A stretch of DNA of 21,511 nt from Pseudomonadota bacterium (GCA_043767805.1 JAYUGC010000176.1:1-21511), one strand, 5' to 3'; positions 8,620-16,946 are shown, counted from the first letter of the stretch. Numbers and translations are program-made. Notes: generated by a model not told the origin, from the sequence alone.

Positions 8620-9407
8620 TTCTCTGACGCTTTCGCGGGAGTCGGCGTGGGCTCGGGAGCGGGAACCGGGCAGAGCTTCGCGCGATCCGAAGTCAGGATC
8701 TTCTTCTCTTTGAGCAAATCGCAAATCGCCCGGACTGAGTTTGGCTTGCGAGCTAGCTCCGCCAACAGAGGGGCTTTCAACTGGGGCCAGCAATCGCGGG
8801 AAGCGATCTCTTTGGCTTCTTTTCTCGGCCCTTCTTCCGCTGAGTCCAGACCAGCCAGCACCGCGTTTTGCCAAAACTCGTCCCGGCAAATCTTGTCGCG
8901 GCTGTTCTTGATGAGAGCGTGCTTCAAGAAGGGGAGCACGGCTTCGTGGGACTCTTTTTCGGCTACCAGGCCCGCCGCTCGGCGAACGAGAGCGAGATCC
9001 CGGGGCTCGCCTTGCACGAAAGTCAGAAGGCGTGCGCCGCACTCGTCGTCGATGAACGGATTCTCATAACATTTGCGAAGGGCGGCGAAAGTCACTTCGA
9101 TCCGCTTATCGAGGTATTTCCGGGAGCGCCGGAGGGAGGGGTACTCCGCGAGAAGACTCGTCGCCAGGGTCCCCAATTGAGAGCCTCCTTGGGCGCTAAG
9201 GATGTCCAACTGCCCCAGGGCCGCCTTCTCCACCAGGGCTTCCCAGCGGGGATTGCGATCGGCGGCGGGGACTTCCTTCAGACGGAAGACCATCTCGGAC
9301 CAGGACGTCTGCCTAGCCAGCGCATCGAGCTCCTCCATGGTGATGGTATGAACCTCTAAAGAGGGGTCGGACGCCCAAGCCAAGCCAATGAATAAGAGCC
9401 AGCGCAT
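8616..9407 (-). CDS. Hypothetical exported alpha-helical protein with several Cys and a Pro/Thr tail
   Basis: Short signal peptide MRWLLFIGLAWA; helical amphipathic pattern; six Cys; extended -10 TGCTAAAAT just upstream. Confidence 0.7.
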   Translation of the reverse strand: MRWLLFIGLAWASDPSLEVHTITMEELDALARQTSWSEMVFRLKEVPAADRNPRWEALVEKAALGQLDILSAQGGSQLGTLATSLLAEYPSLRRSRKYLDKRIEVTFAALRKCYENPFIDDECGARLLTFVQGEPRDLALVRRAAGLVAEKESHEAVLPFLKHALIKNSRDKICRDEFWQNAVLAGLDSAEEGPRKEAKEIASRDCWPQLKAPLLAELARKPNSVRAICDLLKEKKILTSDRAKLCPVPAPEPTPTPAKASEN

Positions 9408-9415
9408 TGGTTCTC

Positions 9416-9454
9416 ATTTTAGCAGATCGCCCCATTCCCTCCCCATGCTATAAA
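9416..9454. promoter_or_regulatory. Back-to-back extended -10 promoters (TGCTAAAAT on minus at 9416-9424; TGCTATAAA on plus at 9446-9454)
   Basis: Each TGn-TAnnnn element lies 8 nt from its start codon (9407 and 9463), with no clear SD. Confidence 0.5.
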
Positions 9455-9462
9455 CCGACCTT

Positions 9463-10710
9463 ATGAGCGCTCTGATTTATCAATCCGGCGAGGCGTTTTG
9501 CGAAGGGGTTGCCCTCTCTCGCATCGCTTCTGAAGTGGGTACCCCCACGTACGTTTATTCCCGGGCGGCTTTGAAAAAAGCGGCTCGCTCCCTGAAAGAG
9601 GCTTTCGCGAGCCACCCCACCCTTCCCTGCTACGCGGTGAAGGCGAACGGCAATCTTTCGGTGCTCAGAGAGATTTTCGCGGAAGGCTTCGGCGCGGACG
9701 TCGTCTCGGGCGGCGAAATGGACCGAGCTCTGGCGGGCGGCGCCAAAGCCGAAAAGATCGTCTTCTCGGGCGTCGGCAAAACCAACGACGAAATGGCTCG
9801 GGCCTTGAAAGCCGGCGTGATGAGCTTCAACGCGGAATCCCTGGATGAGATCGACCGCTTAGCGACTGTCGCGCGCGGTCTCGGTAAGACCGCGTCCATC
9901 TGCCTTCGCATCAATCCGAACATCGACGCCAAGACGAACCCCTACATCGCGACGGGCCTCTACACGACGAAGTTCGGCATCGCGGAAAGCGACCTTCCCG
10001 CGGCCCTCGATCTCGTGCGCGCGCGCAAAGAAATTCGCCTCCTCGGTCTCGACTGCCACATCGGTAGCCAAATCACCGAGATCGGCCCTTTCGCTGAAGC
10101 AGCGCGGCGCATGGCGGATCTTTCCATGAAAGTGAAGGCGCAAGGCTTTGCTCTCGAAGTCATCGATCTCGGCGGAGGCCTCGGCATCCGTTATGACGAC
10201 GAGGAACCGCCGTCGATTCAAGCTTACGCGGAAGCGGTGCTCGCCGCGGTCAAGCCCACGGGACTGAAGCTCATCCTGGAGCCCGGCCGCTGGCTCGTCG
10301 GTAATGCCGGCCTCATCGTAACCCGGGTCGTTGGCACAAAGCGCACGCCCGCGAAAGCGTTTTTGATTGTCGACGCGGCCATGAACGATCTTATGCGCCC
10401 CGCCCTCTACGAAGCGTTTCACGGCATCAAGCCCGCGAAGGAAAACGCCTGGTCCGGAGAAAATGGCGACGTCGTCGGTCCCATCTGCGAGAGCGGAGAC
10501 TTTCTCGCCAAGGACAGAAAACTTCCGGAGGCGAAAGCCGGCGATCTTCTCATCGTGGAATCTTGCGGCGCTTATGGTTCCTCGATGGCGTCTCGGTACA
10601 ATTGCCGCGCGCTCGGCGCCGAAGTCCTGGTCGATGGCGCGAACTTCAAGGTGGTCCGTCCTCGCGAGACGGTCGAAAGTCAGTGGGAATCGGAAAAGCG
10701 CCTGCTATGA
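9463..10710 (+). CDS. lysA: Diaminopimelate decarboxylase
   Basis: GTPTYVYS, PLP-lysine YAVKAN, HIGSQ, DLGGG, EPGR, RPALY, VVGPICESGD, GAYG. Confidence 0.96.
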   Translation: MSALIYQSGEAFCEGVALSRIASEVGTPTYVYSRAALKKAARSLKEAFASHPTLPCYAVKANGNLSVLREIFAEGFGADVVSGGEMDRALAGGAKAEKIVFSGVGKTNDEMARALKAGVMSFNAESLDEIDRLATVARGLGKTASICLRINPNIDAKTNPYIATGLYTTKFGIAESDLPAALDLVRARKEIRLLGLDCHIGSQITEIGPFAEAARRMADLSMKVKAQGFALEVIDLGGGLGIRYDDEEPPSIQAYAEAVLAAVKPTGLKLILEPGRWLVGNAGLIVTRVVGTKRTPAKAFLIVDAAMNDLMRPALYEAFHGIKPAKENAWSGENGDVVGPICESGDFLAKDRKLPEAKAGDLLIVESCGAYGSSMASRYNCRALGAEVLVDGANFKVVRPRETVESQWESEKRLL

Positions 10711-11939
10711 ACGGCGTCGTCGTTCAGAAGTATGGCGGCACGTCCGTTGGCTCCCCCGAGCGCATCAAGGCCCTCGCGGCCCGCGTGGCTCGTCAGTACC
10801 GGGAAGGCTTACGTCACAACGCGGTCGTGGTCAGCGCCATGTCGGGCGAGACGAATCGGCTCGTTGCGCTCATGCGCCAGGTGAACCCGGCCGCTTCGGC
10901 CCTCGCCTACGACATGGCGATTTCCGCCGGTGAGCAAGTGAGCGTGGGTCTCGTCGCCGCCGCCCTCGAAGGCGAAGGCATTAAAGCGATTCCGCTCCTC
11001 GGCCATCAACTGGGCATCCTGACCGACAGCGCGCACTCCCAGGCGCGCATTCAATCCATTCAAAGAGAAATCATCGACGAAGCGTGGGACAACGGCGCCA
11101 TTCCCGTGGTCGCGGGCTTTCAAGGGGTGACCGACGAGAACGCGATTACCACGCTCGGTCGTGGCGGCAGCGATACCAGCGCCGTGGCTCTCGCCATCGC
11201 GCTCAAAGCGGATTTCTGCGAGATCAATACGGACGTCGACGGCGTGTACTCCGCCGATCCCCGATCCGTCCCCGAAGCGAGGCATCTCGCCCGCCTCGAT
11301 TACGACACGGCTTTGGAGATGGCTTCGTTGGGCAGCAAGGTTTTGCACCCGCGCTGCGTGGAGCTCGGCTCCAAGTTTCGCATGCCTATCGTCGTCAGAA
11401 GCAGTTTCGATCCGGATTACGCCAGGAGAACGTGGATTATGAACTATACGCCGCAAGAAGTTTTGGAAACGCCGGTAGTCACCGGGGTGACCGTGGCGAA
11501 AGACGTGGCCCGTCTCACGGTAGAAGGTTTCAGCCGCGAGGCTCCCATCTTGAAAGATCTTTTCGCGGTAGTCGCCGAAGCTTCCATCAACGTAGACGTC
11601 ATCGTCCACGATCGGCATTCCGAGGGGCATTTGCAATCGGTGGGCTTTACGGTGCCTGCGGAAGACGTCGCGAAAACCTTGGCGGCGGTCGAGCCCTTGA
11701 AGTCTCGGCCCGAGTACCAGGCGCTCACCATCACTAAACAAACGGGTCTCGTGAAAGTTTCGGCCATCGGCGTGGGCATGCGTAGCCACTCGGGCGTCGC
11801 GAGCCGCGCCTTCGCCGCTCTCCAGGACAACGGTATTCCGATTCTCATGGTAACGACCTCCGAGATTAAGATCTCTTGCGTCGTTCCCGACGATCTCGCC
11901 GATAAAGCGGCGCGCGTGCTTCACTCGGAATTCTGCTAA
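10707..11939 (+). CDS. lysC: Aspartate kinase with two ACT domains
   Basis: True start is the ATG at 10707 (ATGA overlap with lysA): VVQKYGGTSV, VVSAM, AGFQG, TTLGRGGSDTSAV, TDVDGVY..DPR, TSEIKIS. Confidence 0.96.
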   Translation: MNGVVVQKYGGTSVGSPERIKALAARVARQYREGLRHNAVVVSAMSGETNRLVALMRQVNPAASALAYDMAISAGEQVSVGLVAAALEGEGIKAIPLLGHQLGILTDSAHSQARIQSIQREIIDEAWDNGAIPVVAGFQGVTDENAITTLGRGGSDTSAVALAIALKADFCEINTDVDGVYSADPRSVPEARHLARLDYDTALEMASLGSKVLHPRCVELGSKFRMPIVVRSSFDPDYARRTWIMNYTPQEVLETPVVTGVTVAKDVARLTVEGFSREAPILKDLFAVVAEASINVDVIVHDRHSEGHLQSVGFTVPAEDVAKTLAAVEPLKSRPEYQALTITKQTGLVKVSAIGVGMRSHSGVASRAFAALQDNGIPILMVTTSEIKISCVVPDDLADKAARVLHSEFC

Positions 11940-11941
11940 AG

Positions 11942-12862
11942 GTGGCGCGCCGTGCCCTCGTTCTTGGCTCCGGTGTCATCGGGCTGACCACGGCCGTAGT
12001 GCTTGCGGAAGCCGGATGGAAAGTGAACGTGTGGGCCCGGGAGTTTCCGCCCGACACCACTTCCGATCTCGCCCCGGCGCTTTGGTATCCCCATAAGCTC
12101 GAGCCTTTAGAAGCGACTCGTCGCTGGGCCTTGGCCTCGCTTAGTGAATTTCAGCGGCTGGCCGAAACGCCCGACGTTACGGGTGTTCGGCTGGTGCCCG
12201 GCCATAAATATTTTCACCGGCCCATGGGGCCTCCTTGGTGGGCGTCTCATGTCGACAGCTTTCGGCTTTTGGGCTCGTCGCAGGTTCCTGAAGGATGCCG
12301 CGCGGGCTATGCGTTCACGCTTCCCGTCGCCGACATGTCTCGTTACCTGCCTTATCTTCAAGCGCGCCTTCGCCTGGCGGGAGGTCGGTGGGAAAAGAAA
12401 TTCCTCACTTCTTTCGAGGAAACCCAAGGCGTCGCAGACGTGGTTCTCAATTGCACGGGCCTCGGCGCGAGGGAGCTGGGAGACGGGACAGTCTTCCCGA
12501 TTCGGGGACAGGTTTTGCGGGTTCCCAAGCTCGCCAAAGAAGAAATTTTATTGGACGACGATAATCCCGAAGGAATGATCTACGTCATTCCTCGCTTTGA
12601 CCAGGCTATCGTCGGAGGAAGCACCAAGCCCCACGACGAAAATCTCCAACCCGATGAGTCGGAATCAAACGCCATTAGGCAGAGAGCGTCCCATTATTTC
12701 CCCGGCCTGGAAGCGGGATCCGCCCAAGTCGGTCTCCGGCCGGGGCGTCCCGTTGTTCGCTTGGAAAAAGAAGGCCGTCTCGTGCATTGTTACGGCCACG
12801 GAGGCTCCGGCGTTTCGCTTTCCTGGGGCTCCGCGCGTGAGGCCGCGGGCCTAATCGATTGA
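11942..12862 (+). CDS. D-amino acid oxidase family FAD oxidoreductase
   Basis: GSGVIG Rossmann motif, NCTGLGA, PIRGQ, YVIPR, GLRPGR, HCYGHGGSGVSLSWG: classic DAAO features. GTG start 2 nt after the lysC stop. Confidence 0.9.
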   Translation: MARRALVLGSGVIGLTTAVVLAEAGWKVNVWAREFPPDTTSDLAPALWYPHKLEPLEATRRWALASLSEFQRLAETPDVTGVRLVPGHKYFHRPMGPPWWASHVDSFRLLGSSQVPEGCRAGYAFTLPVADMSRYLPYLQARLRLAGGRWEKKFLTSFEETQGVADVVLNCTGLGARELGDGTVFPIRGQVLRVPKLAKEEILLDDDNPEGMIYVIPRFDQAIVGGSTKPHDENLQPDESESNAIRQRASHYFPGLEAGSAQVGLRPGRPVVRLEKEGRLVHCYGHGGSGVSLSWGSAREAAGLID

Positions 12863-12905
12863 TCGCCGTTGCTGTCCCGCAGGTCCTTGAAGAGTGGCTG
12901 CGGCC

Positions 12906-14189
12906 CTAGTGCCTAGGTTGGCGTCCCTTGGAAAAGACTCCGACGATTTCGACGTGGTGGGACCACTGAAATTGGTCGATGACTTGGAGACTTTCCAGAC
13001 GGTATCCGCCCTGGCAAAGCACGCGCGCGTCGCGGGCAAAGGTCGCGGGGTTACAGGAAACCCCGAGGAGTACCGGCGTTTTCGCGCCCGTCATCGCTAG
13101 AGCTTGCTCCGCGCAACCGGCGCGCGGCGGATCAAAGACGACGGCGTCGTAGCGGTTGATCTCGTCCCGGCGTAGGGGACTGCGGAACAAGTCGCGCCGA
13201 AAGGCACGAAGACGAAGTCCTTTGGATGCTTGGTCCAGCGCGGTCACGGCAGTGGGAACCGAGTCATAGGCATCGACAGCCCCTCGCTCGACGAGGGGGC
13301 CGGAGAAAGTGCCGCAACCCGAAAAAAGATCCGCGAAATTTCCTTGGGCCGGCAAGGCGCTCATGACCGCCTTGACCAGGGCCTTCTCACCTTCCGCGGT
13401 TGGCTGCAGAAACGCGAACGGAGGCAAGTGCACTTTCAATTTTCCGAAAGTGCCTACGACGGGCGAGCGGCTCCCTATCACCTCAATCGGATGCTTTTCA
13501 CTTTCGCGCCAGCTGACGCGGGACAAATTCAAGGCATCGAGCATGGCGAGAAAGCTTTTTCGAACCTGAACGTCCGGCCTTCCTTGACGGCCCACGGGTC
13601 CGGTCACGACCAAATCAATGGCGTCGCCGACAAGCTGTAAGAAGACATCCGCCTTTTCCCCTTCGATGAGGATAGGCGCGAGAAAAGGTTTCAAGGCGTT
13701 TCGTATCTCGAGGATTTTGGGGTCGGCGACCAGACACGAATCGATATCGGAGATTTCCTGAGATCGGCGCCGATAATACCCAAGCACGATGCGGCCTTTG
13801 ATCTTGGTCGCGTTCAAAGTCGCGCGGCGCCGGTTCTGGCCGCCGAGAAAGATCGGGGGAAGCCAGCGCTTCGGCTCCAGACGCTGCTTCAAAAACGCAT
13901 CGCGCACCATCTCCGGTTTCCAGCGCCGGTAGTAAGTCTCCTTCAAGTGCTGAAGGGTGCAATTGCCGCACTGATGGTAATGTTTGCAGGGGGCGGGAGC
14001 CCGATAAGGCGACGGTTCTAGAAGCCGCGTCACCTCGCCCCTATTCACCCCGAGCTTGTCCTTATAGAGACGGGCCTTCACGCGATCGCCCGGAACGGTG
14101 CGATCGACGAAAACGGGGCCCCGTGGGCTCAATGAAACGCCGTCTCCTTGAGGGCCCAATTGGCGGATGGTGAGCTCGGAAAAAGCCAT
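12906..14189 (-). CDS. rlmD: 23S rRNA m5U methyltransferase, RlmD/RumA (TrmA) family
   Basis: TRAM-like N-terminus, Fe-S motif CKHYHQCGNC...C, AFLQ, DLFSGCGTF, DPPRAG, catalytic VSCNPATFARD, DQF...HVE. Confidence 0.85.
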   Translation of the reverse strand: MAFSELTIRQLGPQGDGVSLSPRGPVFVDRTVPGDRVKARLYKDKLGVNRGEVTRLLEPSPYRAPAPCKHYHQCGNCTLQHLKETYYRRWKPEMVRDAFLKQRLEPKRWLPPIFLGGQNRRRATLNATKIKGRIVLGYYRRRSQEISDIDSCLVADPKILEIRNALKPFLAPILIEGEKADVFLQLVGDAIDLVVTGPVGRQGRPDVQVRKSFLAMLDALNLSRVSWRESEKHPIEVIGSRSPVVGTFGKLKVHLPPFAFLQPTAEGEKALVKAVMSALPAQGNFADLFSGCGTFSGPLVERGAVDAYDSVPTAVTALDQASKGLRLRAFRRDLFRSPLRRDEINRYDAVVFDPPRAGCAEQALAMTGAKTPVLLGVSCNPATFARDARVLCQGGYRLESLQVIDQFQWSHHVEIVGVFSKGRQPRH

Positions 14190-14332
14190 GGCCGCTGATT
14201 AAACACAATTCCCGTTCTCTTAAAAGGTGCCTGGACATCTTTTACGACGGCGTTGACTCGCCGCATACGCCTCACCCCTGGGCGCGGGCGGGTCTCTCTG
14301 TTCAGCGACTCGACATAAATCGCCGAAGCCCT

Positions 14333-14359
14333 TCAGGGTTTTCCCCTTCTCTCCGATAC
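14333..14359 (+). promoter_or_regulatory. Possible sigma28-like promoter
   Basis: TCAGG-N14-TCCGATAC has canonical FliA spacing but mismatches in both boxes. Confidence 0.3.
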
Positions 14360-14449
14360 GAAAAGTGAGGCGGAGCTCTTTTCAAATGGCTCCAGTTTCC
14401 CAGCGCTTACCTCCTCCAGGTCCCAAGGTTGGACGGCGCGGGAGAGACC

Positions 14450-14467
14450 TTGGCAATGCCTGTGCAA
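14450..14467 (+). promoter_or_regulatory. Sigma54 (-24/-12) promoter
   Basis: TTGGCAATGCCTGTGCAA: GG(14452-53)-N10-GC(14464-65), matching TGGCAC-N5-TTGCW; about 35 nt upstream of the ATG at 14500. Confidence 0.65.
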
Positions 14468-14499
14468 GAGCAAGGCTCGGGACTTTGAAGACGACGACC

Positions 14500-14940
14500 A
14501 TGAAACGAAATACGCTGTTTAATATTCTTACGGTCTTCACGCTGATGACGGGCGCGGCTCTCGCCGGGGAAATCGACGTCACCGCCGACACGAATTTCGT
14601 CGCGAAGCCAAAGCGCAAAGCGTCCGCCGCAGTCGTTAAGGCCACCGAGAAGGCCTCGTTCAAGATACCCGCTCCGCTCGTCGGACCGATCCCTGCTCCC
14701 ACGCAATGGGTGAACACCATGGAAGCGTCCATGGGACCGCTCTCGCCTCGTACGACTGCCGCCCTGACTTTGGAAAGCGGCGGACAGCCTTTGATTCTTT
14801 GGATGGGCTGGGCATTCGCCGTCATTTTCGGCGGCGTGCTCCTCAGCCAAAGCTTACGTACGCGCCGCAAATACTCGAACATGCTTCGAGCCGGTGAGCG
14901 CGACACCTTCTACATGCCGCCGAACCGCCGCCGGTTCTAG
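14500..14940 (+). CDS. Hypothetical membrane-anchored protein (signal peptide, Pro/Ala-rich linker, C-terminal TM helix and basic tail)
   Basis: MKRNTLFNILTVFTLMTGAALA signal; LILWMGWAFAVIFGGVLL TM helix followed by RTRRK. Start at 14500 is preferred over the GTG at 14365. Confidence 0.7.
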   Translation: MKRNTLFNILTVFTLMTGAALAGEIDVTADTNFVAKPKRKASAAVVKATEKASFKIPAPLVGPIPAPTQWVNTMEASMGPLSPRTTAALTLESGGQPLILWMGWAFAVIFGGVLLSQSLRTRRKYSNMLRAGERDTFYMPPNRRRF

Positions 14941-15137
14941 TTCATGGACTTTCTGATCTCGTCTAGCTCGCCCACGTTTTTCGCCGTGGACTGAATGTTC
15001 GTTTGCGGGCTCGTGATGTGGCCTTCCACCACTCCGATTAAGCCGCCGACCGCATCGATTTGGCTCTTGGTCGGCTGAGAGAGTTGAACGAGCTCATTTG
15101 AAACCTCCGGGCGAGACTCTAGTTCAGTAGGTTCTGT
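14937..15137 (-). pseudogene. Startless coiled-coil-like reading frame; possible gene remnant
   Basis: Open frame ...ELESRPEVSNELVQLSQPTKSQIDAVGGLIGVVEGHITSPQTNIQSTAKNVGELDEIRKSMN* with no start codon at its 5' end; fills the intergenic gap. Confidence 0.3.
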
Positions 15138-16089
15138 CTAGGCAAAGGTGCACAAGCCCCGCTAGGGCGTCTCTGGTAACGGAGGGAGGCATTTCTTTAA
15201 GCCAACTTTCGGTCCGCGCCGCTTTTTGAGCGAGCTCGGCCCTCGCCGGCGCGTCTTCCTCGCGCTGGGCCGCTTTGGTGAAAGCGGCGACTAGCTCGGG
15301 CCCAACGGTTTTTTTGGCGAAGTCCTTTTCCGTTCTCTTCCTCAGATCGGGATTGGCCATCACCATTTTCCACGTCACCCAGTTGAGCTTTCCTTCCCGC
15401 AAATCGCTCCAGCGCTCTTTCGTGGGACAACCGTGCACGTCGAGTAAATCGTCCGAGAACTGAAAGACGGCGCCGAACCCTTCCAAGAACTCTCCGACCG
15501 CCGCCAAGGATACCGTAGGCCTGAGGAGTGGCCCTACTTCACCAGCCCACCTAAGCAGTGAGGAGGTTTTCAACCGGCTGATATCGAAGTAGATCTGCTC
15601 TCGCAAGGGAATCTTGTAGCGAGTTTCGTATTGTAGGCACTCGCCTTGAGCGAGATCTTTCACCGTCCGGCAAAGCCGCCGGAGAATTTCGATATTTCCA
15701 GCGAGCGCCACCTGATGGATGGCGTCGCTGAAAAGGTAGTCTCCCGCGAGGACGGGCAAAGTATTGTCGTAGAGGGCGTTGGCGGAGGGCTCTCCCCTCC
15801 TGACCTCCGATTTATCGACCACGTCGTCGTGCAGAAGGCTTGCGGTATGAATCGCCTCCGCGGCCCACGCATAGGTCTCCAACTCCGTCTCGGGCACGCC
15901 GCACATCTCGCCGAACCAAAAAACGAGGCGCGATCTGAGTCGCTTGCCTTTGCGCTCCCAAAGCGCGCCGCAGATGTCTTCGACCAACGCCACTTCCGGG
16001 GGCGAAATAGGTCCGCTCACCCGATCGAGCTTATCGACGAAGGAAGCTGATTTACTAAACGCCGAAAGCACCGCCGCAGAAGGGCTCAT
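15124..16089 (-). CDS. Long-chain trans-polyprenyl diphosphate synthase (IspB/HepT-like)
   Basis: GKRLR, FARM IHTASLLHDDVVD..RRG, AGDYLF, GE..Q, KT, SARM FQFSDDLLD, DLREGK. Ala at position -5 of the FARM indicates a long-chain product. ATGA-coupled to the menA-like gene. Confidence 0.92.
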   Translation of the reverse strand: MSPSAAVLSAFSKSASFVDKLDRVSGPISPPEVALVEDICGALWERKGKRLRSRLVFWFGEMCGVPETELETYAWAAEAIHTASLLHDDVVDKSEVRRGEPSANALYDNTLPVLAGDYLFSDAIHQVALAGNIEILRRLCRTVKDLAQGECLQYETRYKIPLREQIYFDISRLKTSSLLRWAGEVGPLLRPTVSLAAVGEFLEGFGAVFQFSDDLLDVHGCPTKERWSDLREGKLNWVTWKMVMANPDLRKRTEKDFAKKTVGPELVAAFTKAAQREEDAPARAELAQKAARTESWLKEMPPSVTRDALAGLVHLCLDRTY

Positions 16090-16904
16090 CGAAAGACCTC
16101 CGAGTAGAGAACGACAAGCGCTCCCACGCCAACTACCTGAGAGGCTCCAACCAAGATGGACTTAGGCTCGATACGCGCCGAGGTCACTCGCCAGATAACG
16201 ATGGCTCCGCAGAGCAGCATCACCAATTTCGGCCCGTGCGCGAGGCAAAGAAAGACGAGGGCTGCCGCGAAAAGAAGTTTCGCCGTCGAAGCCGCCGCCC
16301 GAGCCCCGTGACGAACGGCAAAAGACTGTTTGCCCGCCAGAGAATCGGTCAAGACTTGGGGAGGTTGATGCGAGAACAAAATGGCGACGGAAAGAAGCGC
16401 ATACGCGGCGATTAGCGCGAGCCCGGTCAGGTCCATTCGTCCCATCGCGAGCCAGTAAAGACAGCCCGCCACTCCCGGTCCGTAACAAAGACCGGTCGCC
16501 CACTCGCCGAGCGCGCTGTAGGAAAGCGGCTTTTTCCCGGCGTTATAGGAAATGCCCAAGGCAACTAAGGGCAAAGCGAAGTAGAGGAGGCTCGCTCGTC
16601 CGGCGCCAAAAACGGCGACTAGTCCGACGAGCACTCCCACGGCTGCGGACACCCAGCCGTGGCGTGAAGCAATTTTGAGGTTGCCCTGGTGAAAATGGAT
16701 CCAGGAATCGCTCTTCTCGACATCCGCGCCTCGTCGCCAATCGGTCACGTCGTTCAGCACGTTGATGCCGTGCTGAAGGAGGATGACTCCCGCCCCCGCC
16801 AGAAGCACCCAGCCGCCATTTCGTCCGGAAGTCAGGGCCAATACCGAGAGAACGGGCAATAGCGACACGAGGTAGATGGGCGGATTTAGGGTTTTCCAAA
16901 ACAT
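16086..16904 (-). CDS. menA: UbiA-superfamily prenyltransferase, MenA-like
   Basis: Multi-TM; NDVTDWRRGAD (MenA NDxxDxxxGxD), YNAG..PLSY.ALGE, D..AGKQSFAVRHG. Confidence 0.8.
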   Translation of the reverse strand: MFWKTLNPPIYLVSLLPVLSVLALTSGRNGGWVLLAGAGVILLQHGINVLNDVTDWRRGADVEKSDSWIHFHQGNLKIASRHGWVSAAVGVLVGLVAVFGAGRASLLYFALPLVALGISYNAGKKPLSYSALGEWATGLCYGPGVAGCLYWLAMGRMDLTGLALIAAYALLSVAILFSHQPPQVLTDSLAGKQSFAVRHGARAAASTAKLLFAAALVFLCLAHGPKLVMLLCGAIVIWRVTSARIEPKSILVGASQVVGVGALVVLYSEVFR

Positions 16905-16913
16905 AGTGAGAAT

Positions 16914-16937
16914 CGGCGGCCCCCGAAGGGGCCGCCG
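16914..16937 (-). other. Very stable GC hairpin with a cUUCGg tetraloop between the di-iron gene and menA
   Basis: Minus strand reads CGGCGGCCCC-TTCG-GGGGCCGCCG (perfect 10-bp stem); no U-tract; 9 nt before the menA ATG. Confidence 0.75.
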
Positions 16938-16946
16938 CTCCGATGA

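Noticed and set aside
8620..9069. Read-through of the TAG at 8617-8619 into the in-frame 8647-9069 ORF to complete a barrel; 14-bp direct repeat TTCGCGGGAGTCGG at 8497 and 8632
   Set aside because: The downstream frame is antisense to the credible 8616-9407 gene and is Ser/Arg-rich without a strand pattern; the short repeat may be chance.
9408..9462. Lysine riboswitch before lysA-lysC
   Set aside because: The intergenic space is only 55 bp and is occupied by divergent promoter-like elements.
10563..10706. N-terminal extension of lysC in the ORF track (similar extensions for thiP to 3045, the regulator from 17983 and the di-iron gene to 17579)
   Set aside because: The extensions overlap upstream genes or operator DNA; ATGA-coupled or SD-supported starts coincide with the start of homology.
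10809..11924. Long antisense or alternate-frame ORFs (10809-11924, 1862-2722, 4707-5474, 6662-7351, 16968-17540)
   Set aside because: Typical high-GC shadow ORFs over well-supported genes, with no recognisable motifs.
14770..14875. GlyGly-CTERM-like sorting signal (SGG, TM helix, RRK)
   Set aside because: It is not at the C-terminus (about 20 further residues follow) and the motif match is weak.
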